Below are positions 8,924 through 17,370 of a DNA stretch of 59,482 bases, piece after piece. Made by a program: the position numbers and the translations under genes. The notes below the pieces were generated by a model that did no database searches, had not been told where the DNA came from, and saw nothing but the letters and a program-made list of their open reading frames with translations. Origin of the DNA: an uncultured Gammaproteobacteria bacterium (lineage in GTDB: Bacteria; Patescibacteriota; Patescibacteriia; Magasanikbacterales; GWA2-37-8); the NCBI GenBank assembly GCA_964465205.1, contig CAYXJO010000009.1, forward strand, positions 1 through 59,482, read 5' to 3'. The stretch's first letter is position 1, and the number at the start of each line of letters is the position of its first letter.

Positions 8924-10165
8924 CTAGTGGTTTGTCACTTCTGAAGATAGGGCTTTTTGTCTATTAAATAAGCCAAAAATCAACACTGTAACCAGACACA
9001 CAATAGGTGCAAACCAAAAACCCCAAGCAAAAGCAAAATATGTCACAATAATACCGGCAACAAAAGGCCCGGAAGAGTGGCCAATATCCATAATAGCACT
9101 AAGAGCTCCCATGGAGGCACCCAAATTCTCCTTGGGGGCGATATCGCCAACATACGAATTGGTGGCCACAGTGGAAAAAGACATCCCCACACCAAACAAA
9201 ACACTAAGCGCTACGATAATGTAATAATTTACTGTTAATGGCAGCAATCCAACCGAGAGCACTAAAATACAAATACCCAAAACCACTTGCGCACGTTTGT
9301 CGATTCGATCGGCCAATTTCCCAAAAAACGGTTTGGTAAAAGCAATGGCCAAAATTTGCAAAGAAAAAATTAAACCAATCTTACTAGCGCTGTACCCATT
9401 ATCGTGCAGGTATATTGGCAAATATGTTTCTAAAATACCAAAAGTAAAATAAATCGCCATCTCCACTAGGGCCGTGGAAAGCAAGCGCGCGTGTTTTAAT
9501 AACCTACTAAACGCTTCAACAAACAATCTGAATGTAATTTTTGGTTTGTCATTTATTTTTGTTGTGTCAGATTGATTTTTTTCAAATTTTATAAACAACG
9601 AAAAAATCAGGACCGGCAGGGCCACTAACCCCGCAATCATATAAACCAAACGATAACTCCACAACCCACTTAAACCCGCAAACAATGTTAGGATCATACC
9701 ACCAAACAAAGGCGCCAAAGTACGGCCAAACAATGTAGCGGATGAATAAAAACCTAATCTTTCGCCTTTATTTTCGGGATAAGCATGAAAAATCATCGTG
9801 GCGGATAGCGGGCCCAAGATGGCAGTTGCCAATCCGTGAAAAAATCGAATCGGAATCAAAAACCACGGATTAGAAACCAACACATAAAGTAGCGGCGCTA
9901 AAACAAAAACAACCGCCGCGGCCACTAATAATTTTTTCTGTCCAATGTGATCGATTAATATACCAACCGGAAAACTAAAAACAATACCGGCCAAAGGAGA
10001 GATGGCCGCAATTAATCCCAAAATTTCATTATTGCCACCCAAATCATGTACAAATAATGGTAATACCGGATTCTTGGACATCGTGGTAGAAAAAATTCCA
10101 AAAAATCCAATCAATGAGAGCAGGTAAATCATGCGATTTGAAAATTTTGATATAATTTGTTCCAT
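8924..10165 (-). CDS. Major facilitator superfamily transporter
   Basis: About 12 TM segments, GKLADRIDKR motif A; start moved to ATG 10165 to avoid overlap with the upstream gene. Confidence 0.92.
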   Translation of the reverse strand: MEQIISKFSNRMIYLLSLIGFFGIFSTTMSKNPVLPLFVHDLGGNNEILGLIAAISPLAGIVFSFPVGILIDHIGQKKLLVAAAVVFVLAPLLYVLVSNPWFLIPIRFFHGLATAILGPLSATMIFHAYPENKGERLGFYSSATLFGRTLAPLFGGMILTLFAGLSGLWSYRLVYMIAGLVALPVLIFSLFIKFEKNQSDTTKINDKPKITFRLFVEAFSRLLKHARLLSTALVEMAIYFTFGILETYLPIYLHDNGYSASKIGLIFSLQILAIAFTKPFFGKLADRIDKRAQVVLGICILVLSVGLLPLTVNYYIIVALSVLFGVGMSFSTVATNSYVGDIAPKENLGASMGALSAIMDIGHSSGPFVAGIIVTYFAFAWGFWFAPIVCLVTVLIFGLFNRQKALSSEVTNH

Positions 10166-10169
10166 ATAT

Positions 10170-10664
10170 TTAACGACGTCCCGGAAAAAATCCGGATCGC
10201 ATTTCTGGCTCATGTCTTTTGTCCAAAAAATCATCGCCTAAAGTGTCTTTTTCGATATACTCATCGAGGTCTTCTTGCCCAGCATATTCTCCATCTGGCA
10301 ACAAATGATCATTGCGGGCGATCGCTTCGGCTACTCCCGGCGGCAAATGACTCTTGGCCATCTCGGCTTTTAATTCTTCTATTTCGGCATCTTCTGCCGC
10401 CTTAGCTTCTCTCACCTCTTTGCGCCAACCAAATAACCATTTTATCGCCACAGCGCGATAATCTTCCCAACCTGTTCCCACACGTCGCTGTTCTTTCATT
10501 GCCTGTTCAACTGCTGTTATCACTTGCCAGCGTTCGCCATGACGAGGATCCAAATTTGGAAAAATATTTTTTGCCAAATCAACAATCTCTTTAATAATGC
10601 GTCTGTCAGGCACGCTCGCCGAACCATTATGATTTTGAACCATATAATTTATATATAACATCAA
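10170..10664 (-). CDS. Hypothetical protein (start possibly 10643)
   Basis: Fills the gap in the minus-strand operon; charged, protein-like composition. Confidence 0.6.
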   Translation of the reverse strand: MMLYINYMVQNHNGSASVPDRRIIKEIVDLAKNIFPNLDPRHGERWQVITAVEQAMKEQRRVGTGWEDYRAVAIKWLFGWRKEVREAKAAEDAEIEELKAEMAKSHLPPGVAEAIARNDHLLPDGEYAGQEDLDEYIEKDTLGDDFLDKRHEPEMRSGFFPGRR

Positions 10665-11757
10665 CTACTTGGCGAGCAGTAAGCTCCCAAGAAAAATTTT
10701 TTATTCTTTGAATACCAAGCAAAACCAGACGCTGACGTAATTCTGGATCATACAAAACACGCCTAATCGCATCAGTTATTGCACCGATGTCATTCGGATC
10801 AATATAAATCGCAGCCTGGGCACCCACTTCGGGCAGGGCGGTGTTATCTGATGCCACCACTGGCACTCCGCAAGCCATGGCTTCGAGTATTGGGATACCG
10901 AACCCTTCATATAACGAAGGAAATACAAAGACTTCCGCACTTCCCAACAATTTCGGCATCTCTGCATTCTCCACATACCCCGGCGTAATAATACTGACAC
11001 GATTCGCACTGGCCTCAATAGACTCTTTTACTTTCTCATAACCCACACCCGGCTTGCCGATAAGAACTAATTGCAAACTAGGAAAATCTCTTTTCAACAA
11101 ATCAAACGATTCCACAATACGTGCGGTATTTTTCTTTTCTTCCAAACGACTGATTGAAATAATGTACGGTCGAGAGATTTGATACTTTTCAAGAACCTCG
11201 GGTGCGCTAGTTTGTGCGTTAGATAAATTATACAACTTATCATCATACGCCAGCGGCACGATCGCGCATTTTTGGCCAACACCATCGCCATAATATTTTT
11301 TTAACTCTCGCAAATTAAAATCCGCGGTAAGAATAATTTTTTTGGCTTTTTTGATAATCAGATTGTTCATCCAGCGCAAATACCAACGACTCGCCCACCA
11401 ATAAGATTTGGGATCGGCCATAAAAGCACTGTCGTGTAACGTGGCTACTGTATTACGCGGGCACAACCATGGTATCAGTTGGCCTGGGGCAAAAAAAACA
11501 TCGGGCGGATTTCGCCATAATTCATAAGCCAACCGAGTCTGGCTCCATAATTTACGCAGTGGCCAACGCAATACTTTTTCTTCCCAATTGGCAGGTAAAT
11601 CTTTTAGATCGTCACGTAACGGTTCATTAGTATACAAAACTACCCGCGTATCAGCGGGAATAATTTTTTTGAGCTCATTAATTACATGGTAACAGTACCA
11701 TTCCACGCCAGTGCGATGAATTTTGTTGGCGTGCGAGGCTTCGATGCCGATAATCAT
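10627..11757 (-). CDS. Glycosyltransferase family 4
   Basis: FVFPSLYEGFGIPILEAMACGVPVV. Confidence 0.95.
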   Translation of the reverse strand: MIIGIEASHANKIHRTGVEWYCYHVINELKKIIPADTRVVLYTNEPLRDDLKDLPANWEEKVLRWPLRKLWSQTRLAYELWRNPPDVFFAPGQLIPWLCPRNTVATLHDSAFMADPKSYWWASRWYLRWMNNLIIKKAKKIILTADFNLRELKKYYGDGVGQKCAIVPLAYDDKLYNLSNAQTSAPEVLEKYQISRPYIISISRLEEKKNTARIVESFDLLKRDFPSLQLVLIGKPGVGYEKVKESIEASANRVSIITPGYVENAEMPKLLGSAEVFVFPSLYEGFGIPILEAMACGVPVVASDNTALPEVGAQAAIYIDPNDIGAITDAIRRVLYDPELRQRLVLLGIQRIKNFSWELTARQVVDVIYKLYGSKS

Positions 11758-11758
11758 A

Positions 11759-12328
11759 TTAACTAGCCATTTTTAGTATCACTTCAAGAACGCTGGGTAA
11801 TTCGGTAATACCATCATCACTACTAAAATGTTTTTTGCCAGGCTCTAAAATTATCTTCGCATTCAATCGTGCAGCAAACATATCATGATTACGCTCCCCC
11901 ACCCAATCATCATTATCGGAAAAAATCGCGACACAATCATCAAAATGGCTGATCACTTTTTCACAATCAATCGGCGTATCAATCCATGGTTTGGCAATTG
12001 CCGATTCTTCAGTCGAAAGATTATCGAGAACAAACCACCCGGCCACGAACACTACCCCACCCACTTTATGCTGTGTTGGCAAACTTTCTAAATAACGCAT
12101 AATGGTTTGACAACCGATACTGTGCCCGACAAAAAAAGTATTTTTATCCGAATCGATAATTGTTTTCTGTAAAAAAGACACCCAATCATCAATAGTGGGT
12201 AACTCGGTGTGAGGCATTGCCGGTATTACTACCTCAAAACCTCTAGTGATCAATTCTTTTTTCAACCACGGAAACCACTCCTTGTCCGGCGTACCGCCCC
12301 AGCCATGAATAATATATACTTTTTTCAT
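11759..12328 (-). CDS. RBBP9/YdeN-family alpha/beta hydrolase
   Basis: IHGWGG, GHSIG nucleophile elbow, SDNDD, KHF. Confidence 0.9.
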   Translation of the reverse strand: MKKVYIIHGWGGTPDKEWFPWLKKELITRGFEVVIPAMPHTELPTIDDWVSFLQKTIIDSDKNTFFVGHSIGCQTIMRYLESLPTQHKVGGVVFVAGWFVLDNLSTEESAIAKPWIDTPIDCEKVISHFDDCVAIFSDNDDWVGERNHDMFAARLNAKIILEPGKKHFSSDDGITELPSVLEVILKMAS

Positions 12329-12331
12329 AGT

Positions 12332-13339
12332 TTATTTAGTCGCCATGATACTACGCTTATAACTATCCAAATTCTCGAGTGCTACACCTACACCTTTGGC
12401 AACACAGAGTCCGGATTCCTCAGCCACATATGTCGGCACACCGGTGGTCTGAGCAATGAGCTCGTCCAAATTACGCAGTTGCGCGCTACCGCCGGTGAGA
12501 ATTATCCCTTTATCCATCACATCCGCAGACAATTCTGGTGGCGTCTTGTGTAAAACGTTTTTAATCTCATCCATAAGTAAATCCAATTCGTGTTGTAACG
12601 CTTCTGTCACATCATCGGAATTTACCGAAATAATACGAGGTAATCCCGTGACCATATCTCGCCCTTTAATTTCAACCGATAGAGGCTTATCCATAAACAA
12701 CGCCGACCCGACTTTGATTTTTATTTCTTCTGCACTATGCTCACCCAAAGCAACATTGTATTTATGATGAACATATTCTACAATCGCACGATCAAATTGA
12801 CCGCCACCAATACGTACTGAACCCCAAGCGACAATACCTCCCAAAGAAATCACTGCAATTTCGGCTTTGCCCCCACCGACATCAATCACCAAGTGCCCAG
12901 AAGCCGCCCCGATTGGTATATCCGCACCAATAGCCGCCACAATCGGTTGTTTGATAATATAAGCAGCACGTGCGCCAGCCGCAATAGTAGCATCAATCAC
13001 TGCACGACGCTCAGTAGAAGTAATCCCGGCCGGTACAGCAATCATTACTTCTGGCCTAAAAAGTCGCATACCACCAATCGCTTTGTTCACAAAATAACGA
13101 ATCATGGCCTCGGTGATCTGATAGTTAGCAATCACACCTTCTTTGACCGGCCTTTCGGCCACAATACTATCGGGCGTACGACCGATCATATCTTTGGCTT
13201 CGAGTCCCACCGCCAAAACCTTACCATCACTTTTGGAAATTGCTACTACACTGGGCTCATTCAATAGAATGCCTTTTTTGGGCACATATACCCGAACATT
13301 ATTTGATCCCAAATCAATACCAATTTTCTTGATAAACAT
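12332..13339 (-). CDS. mreB: Rod-shape protein MreB, divergent paralogue
   Basis: IGIDLG, NEPSVVA, ERRAV, VIDVGGG, LTGGSAQL. Confidence 0.9.
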   Translation of the reverse strand: MFIKKIGIDLGSNNVRVYVPKKGILLNEPSVVAISKSDGKVLAVGLEAKDMIGRTPDSIVAERPVKEGVIANYQITEAMIRYFVNKAIGGMRLFRPEVMIAVPAGITSTERRAVIDATIAAGARAAYIIKQPIVAAIGADIPIGAASGHLVIDVGGGKAEIAVISLGGIVAWGSVRIGGGQFDRAIVEYVHHKYNVALGEHSAEEIKIKVGSALFMDKPLSVEIKGRDMVTGLPRIISVNSDDVTEALQHELDLLMDEIKNVLHKTPPELSADVMDKGIILTGGSAQLRNLDELIAQTTGVPTYVAEESGLCVAKGVGVALENLDSYKRSIMATK

Positions 13340-13342
13340 ATT

Positions 13343-14773
13343 TTATTTTAGTTTAACTTCAAATTCATTATCCGTAATTAAGTCTAGGTTTTTAATATAA
13401 ACATTATCCCCATGTTTATCAGCACCTTCACCCGGCCAAGCTCCAGTCACCATTTTACCAAAATCAATATTCAAATTTAATTTGGTAGCCACTGTACCAA
13501 GTTGCTTCTGTACTAATAAAGAATAACTGCCATTTTTGATTTGGTCAACTATGTTATTGGGTAAATAATATTCAAAAGTCAATTCGCCTTTTTTACCGGG
13601 CTCAATAGCGGTAAACGCCCCAAACCACTGGCGACCATTCTCTTCGCCTTGATCAATCGTGCCAGGTTCGGTACTACGATCAGTTTTGCGCGCACCAATT
13701 ACTTTGATAAGCTTCGCACCAGCGGGCACATACACACGCGCATAAGTACGATAACGTGTAGTGCGCCAATCGAAACCACCCTCGTGTTCATAAGACATCT
13801 TGGCGGTAGCAATAAATTGACCGGAAGTCGCGGGGTGAATACTATAATGCAAATCGCGTTTTAAAATCCAATCTGTTTTGAGCGCGCCCAGATTGGCATC
13901 AACCCACAATAAATAATCTCCGGTGCTAGCACGCATTTCCCCAGACCATTTTGTATCCGCAAAGGCATTCTGTAAATGTTCATCAGTGGAATATAACATA
14001 ACCTGTTTTTGGTCAACCATTTTTTGCCATAAATCATAATATTTCGACCAATGCAACAGAAAATCAAATTTAATTTTGTCTAAAATAACTTTTGCCAAAT
14101 CTCCAAGAATTCCTTTGCGATCACGACGGGGTAACCCTTTATCATTATAACCATATTCCACATGATATTGAATTTGCTCTAAAAAATTTTTATCATTCAA
14201 TTCCATACCATTTAGTTTGACCGGGCCAGTAATGCGAAGTAACTCCGCGATAATTGTCGGCGTAAACCCAATAACACCAGAAATTCTATCCGCCTCTACA
14301 CCACTCTCTTTTTTGTACAAATCCAAAGAATTGATGGCTGATAATTTGAAATCCGGCGACCAATTACTGTCGCGAAAATACCATTTTTTGACATAAAGGT
14401 AATCTCTAAGCGGAGTAGGCGGATCTGGCAACTTGGCGTCACTAACACTATAATCCAAAAATTCCGACCCATCTGTCTTGATGATTTCCGGCACGCCTTT
14501 ATCCACTTTTATCACTCCATAGCTACCAATAAATCCACCACCCGGTCGCAGTTCGGTATTATTCAAAAATAATAAGAGATAATATTTAGGCGCGGAAAAA
14601 CCTAACACTTCTTGAATCAAATTTATCTGATTGCCCCCCGTTTCTTTGATAAAACTTTTACCTACAGTAGTAAGTACGGTTTTTTGCAAATCTCCCGATT
14701 GATAAGCGCCATACAGCAGACCGGCCCCAATAGCCAATAGCACCAAAATTAAAAAGATAATAAACTTTTTCAT
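13343..14773 (-). CDS. DUF4012-like membrane-anchored protein
   Basis: N-terminal TM, NNTELRPGGGFIG, FRDSNWSPDF. Confidence 0.85.
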   Translation of the reverse strand: MKKFIIFLILVLLAIGAGLLYGAYQSGDLQKTVLTTVGKSFIKETGGNQINLIQEVLGFSAPKYYLLLFLNNTELRPGGGFIGSYGVIKVDKGVPEIIKTDGSEFLDYSVSDAKLPDPPTPLRDYLYVKKWYFRDSNWSPDFKLSAINSLDLYKKESGVEADRISGVIGFTPTIIAELLRITGPVKLNGMELNDKNFLEQIQYHVEYGYNDKGLPRRDRKGILGDLAKVILDKIKFDFLLHWSKYYDLWQKMVDQKQVMLYSTDEHLQNAFADTKWSGEMRASTGDYLLWVDANLGALKTDWILKRDLHYSIHPATSGQFIATAKMSYEHEGGFDWRTTRYRTYARVYVPAGAKLIKVIGARKTDRSTEPGTIDQGEENGRQWFGAFTAIEPGKKGELTFEYYLPNNIVDQIKNGSYSLLVQKQLGTVATKLNLNIDFGKMVTGAWPGEGADKHGDNVYIKNLDLITDNEFEVKLK

Positions 14774-14798
14774 AAATTTTATCTAAAATTTTAGCATG

Positions 14799-16298
14799 CT
14801 AATTTCTTTTTTTGGCAGAAACATTAAAACCTAAATACTTACCAAACATTAAGTGTGTTACAGCATCAATACATGGCAATGCGGAAAAAAACACCAGGGA
14901 AATCGGGAGTAAAATCCATTGTGCCAACATATATAAATATTTGTGAGGCGAGTGACCATTCGGGCGGCGTGGTAAAATCAACATACTCATAATAGCCGAA
15001 ATGAATAACCCCAACATAGACAGGGTCATTAAATTCTCCAATACATATGGCGTATTAAAGTACAAAGCACTCTGACGCACTTCGCCCGGCGCAATCCAAA
15101 GCGGTAATCTGCCTAATAAAGTAATCAAAATAGCCACCACTGCCCAACTCCACTTCCCCTCCCATTCATGAAATAATTTGAGCCAGCGATCTTGCCAAGG
15201 AATCTCTTTGTGACTACGATACTCCCACAATAAAAACGGAATATGTTCTGCCCCCCACGCCCAGCGACGTTGCTGTAAATATAAATTTTTTAAACTTTTC
15301 AATAGGTTGCTGTCGCGGACAGTATCCATTGACACCGGAATATAGAGCGGGGTAACTTCGTAATCCCCGCCGTAACGCAACCAACATTGATAAAAAATAC
15401 GCGAATCTTCACTGACAATATTTTTGGCATGAAAACCGCAATCAACCAAAGCCTGAAAACTCATACTATGAGAAGAGAAAGTCACTAAGTTATCTAAACG
15501 AGCTAGCGAAAAAAGCATCCAAAAACTAGTACCAAATGCCATAATTCTCAATATGGAGGGAGACTCCCATAGATTATTATTGTACAAAGTCAACGGCTGA
15601 AAAGAGCTGTGCGTGGGCCGAGGATGACGACAATACATGTAGCTTAAATGAGCAAAGTACTGGGGATGAACCACGGTATCAACATCAAATACCGATACAA
15701 TAATATCGGCGTAATTCCAACCGCGTTCATCCGCATATTTTTGGAATGCCAATTCCGCACTGTGAATATTAGAACCTTTACCGGGAATTTCGTCCGGCAA
15801 TCCCACGGCGTGAGTGTTGAATATCAAATCCGCGAACTTACCGGCAAACTCTGCTTTTACTTGAACCTGAATCTGCTCCCAATGTTCTCGTTTGCGTTCT
15901 TCTCCGGTAATCACAATATACATACGTTCGGCGGGATACGTAGAGCTCAAAATGCCTTTGAGTGTTGTGGCCACAACCTCGTAAGCTTCATTGTAAATTG
16001 GTAAAAAAACCACATGCTTGCGCTGAGCAAAACCGGCTGGAAAATCCGCCTTGGCTTTGGCCAACCAATCGGTCTGTACCGCACGGCGAAAACGAGTCCA
16101 AGACAAAATTAGATAAAAAGAAAAATATACTACTCGTAAAACCCAATAAACATCAAAAATCAAAATCGCATAAATCATCCACACTGGTTTAAAAATGGAT
16201 AACAAAACACAACCAATCAGAGTCGCCCATATACTGACTCCTGGTAAAATTTCATATAAACGATAACGCTGATAATCCGATAACATATATAAAGGCAT
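14799..16298 (-). CDS. Glycosyltransferase family 2, membrane-bound processive-like
   Basis: GKGSN, DVD, VSEDSR, QQRRW motif, flanking TM helices. Confidence 0.9.
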   Translation of the reverse strand: MPLYMLSDYQRYRLYEILPGVSIWATLIGCVLLSIFKPVWMIYAILIFDVYWVLRVVYFSFYLILSWTRFRRAVQTDWLAKAKADFPAGFAQRKHVVFLPIYNEAYEVVATTLKGILSSTYPAERMYIVITGEERKREHWEQIQVQVKAEFAGKFADLIFNTHAVGLPDEIPGKGSNIHSAELAFQKYADERGWNYADIIVSVFDVDTVVHPQYFAHLSYMYCRHPRPTHSSFQPLTLYNNNLWESPSILRIMAFGTSFWMLFSLARLDNLVTFSSHSMSFQALVDCGFHAKNIVSEDSRIFYQCWLRYGGDYEVTPLYIPVSMDTVRDSNLLKSLKNLYLQQRRWAWGAEHIPFLLWEYRSHKEIPWQDRWLKLFHEWEGKWSWAVVAILITLLGRLPLWIAPGEVRQSALYFNTPYVLENLMTLSMLGLFISAIMSMLILPRRPNGHSPHKYLYMLAQWILLPISLVFFSALPCIDAVTHLMFGKYLGFNVSAKKRN

Positions 16299-16300
16299 AA

Positions 16301-16666
16301 CTATACCCCACCAATCCGAGCTTCCCCGCTATATTGCGCGCTAATATACACGCCCACTGGCTGAGCGACCACTTTGGAAACCCAATCTTCAGATTGGTCG
16401 GCAGCAACCACCGGTATTTGCAAGGCAAATGCCAAAGTGTTTACAAATGTTACCGCCAAACGCGTTGCGGTAAATTTACCTTTTCCAACCACCACCGCCA
16501 ACCCTCTAATATCACCCAAGCCCACACCTACACGCGACAATATGATCGACAATAATTCCGGCAAACTTTTGTGTTCAAACGGCAAGTCATATTGAACAAC
16601 TTTGTTGTTCAATGACATATAGAAGTGAATTTCTGTATCGTCGGAATTGTCCAAAAGCAAATACAT
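16301..16666 (-). CDS. tsaB: Truncated TsaB-like protein
   Basis: HKSLPELL, LAVVVGKGKFTATR, NTLAFAL resemble the TsaB N-terminal domain; only 121 aa. Confidence 0.7.
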   Translation of the reverse strand: MYLLLDNSDDTEIHFYMSLNNKVVQYDLPFEHKSLPELLSIILSRVGVGLGDIRGLAVVVGKGKFTATRLAVTFVNTLAFALQIPVVAADQSEDWVSKVVAQPVGVYISAQYSGEARIGGV

Positions 16667-16669
16667 AGA

Positions 16670-17263
16670 TTAACCTAGTTGATAATTATCCACTATCATT
16701 ACATGCTTAGATTCCAACACATTATACAAAAACTTATCACCAATTTCCCGTCTCTCATCAAACTCTTTCTTGTCCATAATAGTATAACGCACACTTAGAC
16801 TACTATTATCCTCATACTCTTTAATTAGTCGATCGACTGTGCTTGATTTAATTTTGCCTACCAATAAAATATCCGTACCCACATCAGCTACACTGGTAAA
16901 AATACCCGTCAACAAAAGCAAATCGAGCTCGCCGCCTTTTTCCTTGATACGGTTGATAAATTCTTGCTCCTCCAGCACTTGAGTTTTCACGAGTAATGCT
17001 TTCAGTTCAGGACACATTAGACATGCCTGATTAAGTTTATAGTATTTGGAACGTTCGGTGCCGGTATTCTCTACCGAGGACTTTGTTTCGACACGAGCGA
17101 GAATACCTATTAATTCCAGATTGGCTATTTCACGTCTAACGGCGTTCAGCTGTGTTTCGGCCAAACGAGCCAACTCGCGCACATATAATGCGCGCTCCGG
17201 GTAACGAAATAATATTTGCAAAAGTTTTACTCTTGTCTTTGAACCAAAAAGGTGTTCAAGCAT
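16670..17263 (-). CDS. Winged-HTH plus degenerate nucleotidyltransferase-like domain protein
   Basis: LFGSKTRVKLL...YVRELARL...NAVRREIANL HTH; LTGIF...TDILLVG; start moved to ATG 17263. Confidence 0.75.
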   Translation of the reverse strand: MLEHLFGSKTRVKLLQILFRYPERALYVRELARLAETQLNAVRREIANLELIGILARVETKSSVENTGTERSKYYKLNQACLMCPELKALLVKTQVLEEQEFINRIKEKGGELDLLLLTGIFTSVADVGTDILLVGKIKSSTVDRLIKEYEDNSSLSVRYTIMDKKEFDERREIGDKFLYNVLESKHVMIVDNYQLG

Positions 17264-17316
17264 AAATTTAAAAATTTTTTGGAAGCAAGGGTGCTCTGTG
17301 GAACACAATAATAGCG

Positions 17317-17366
17317 TTGCCCTTTTATAATAGATATAGTATAATATGAGCAAAGCAAAAAGTCAA
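17317..17366. promoter_or_regulatory. Overlapping divergent sigma70 promoters
   Basis: Plus strand TTGCCC-17-TATAAT (17317-17345); minus strand TTGACT-17-TATACT (17366-17338). Confidence 0.6.
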
Positions 17367-17370
17367 AAAT

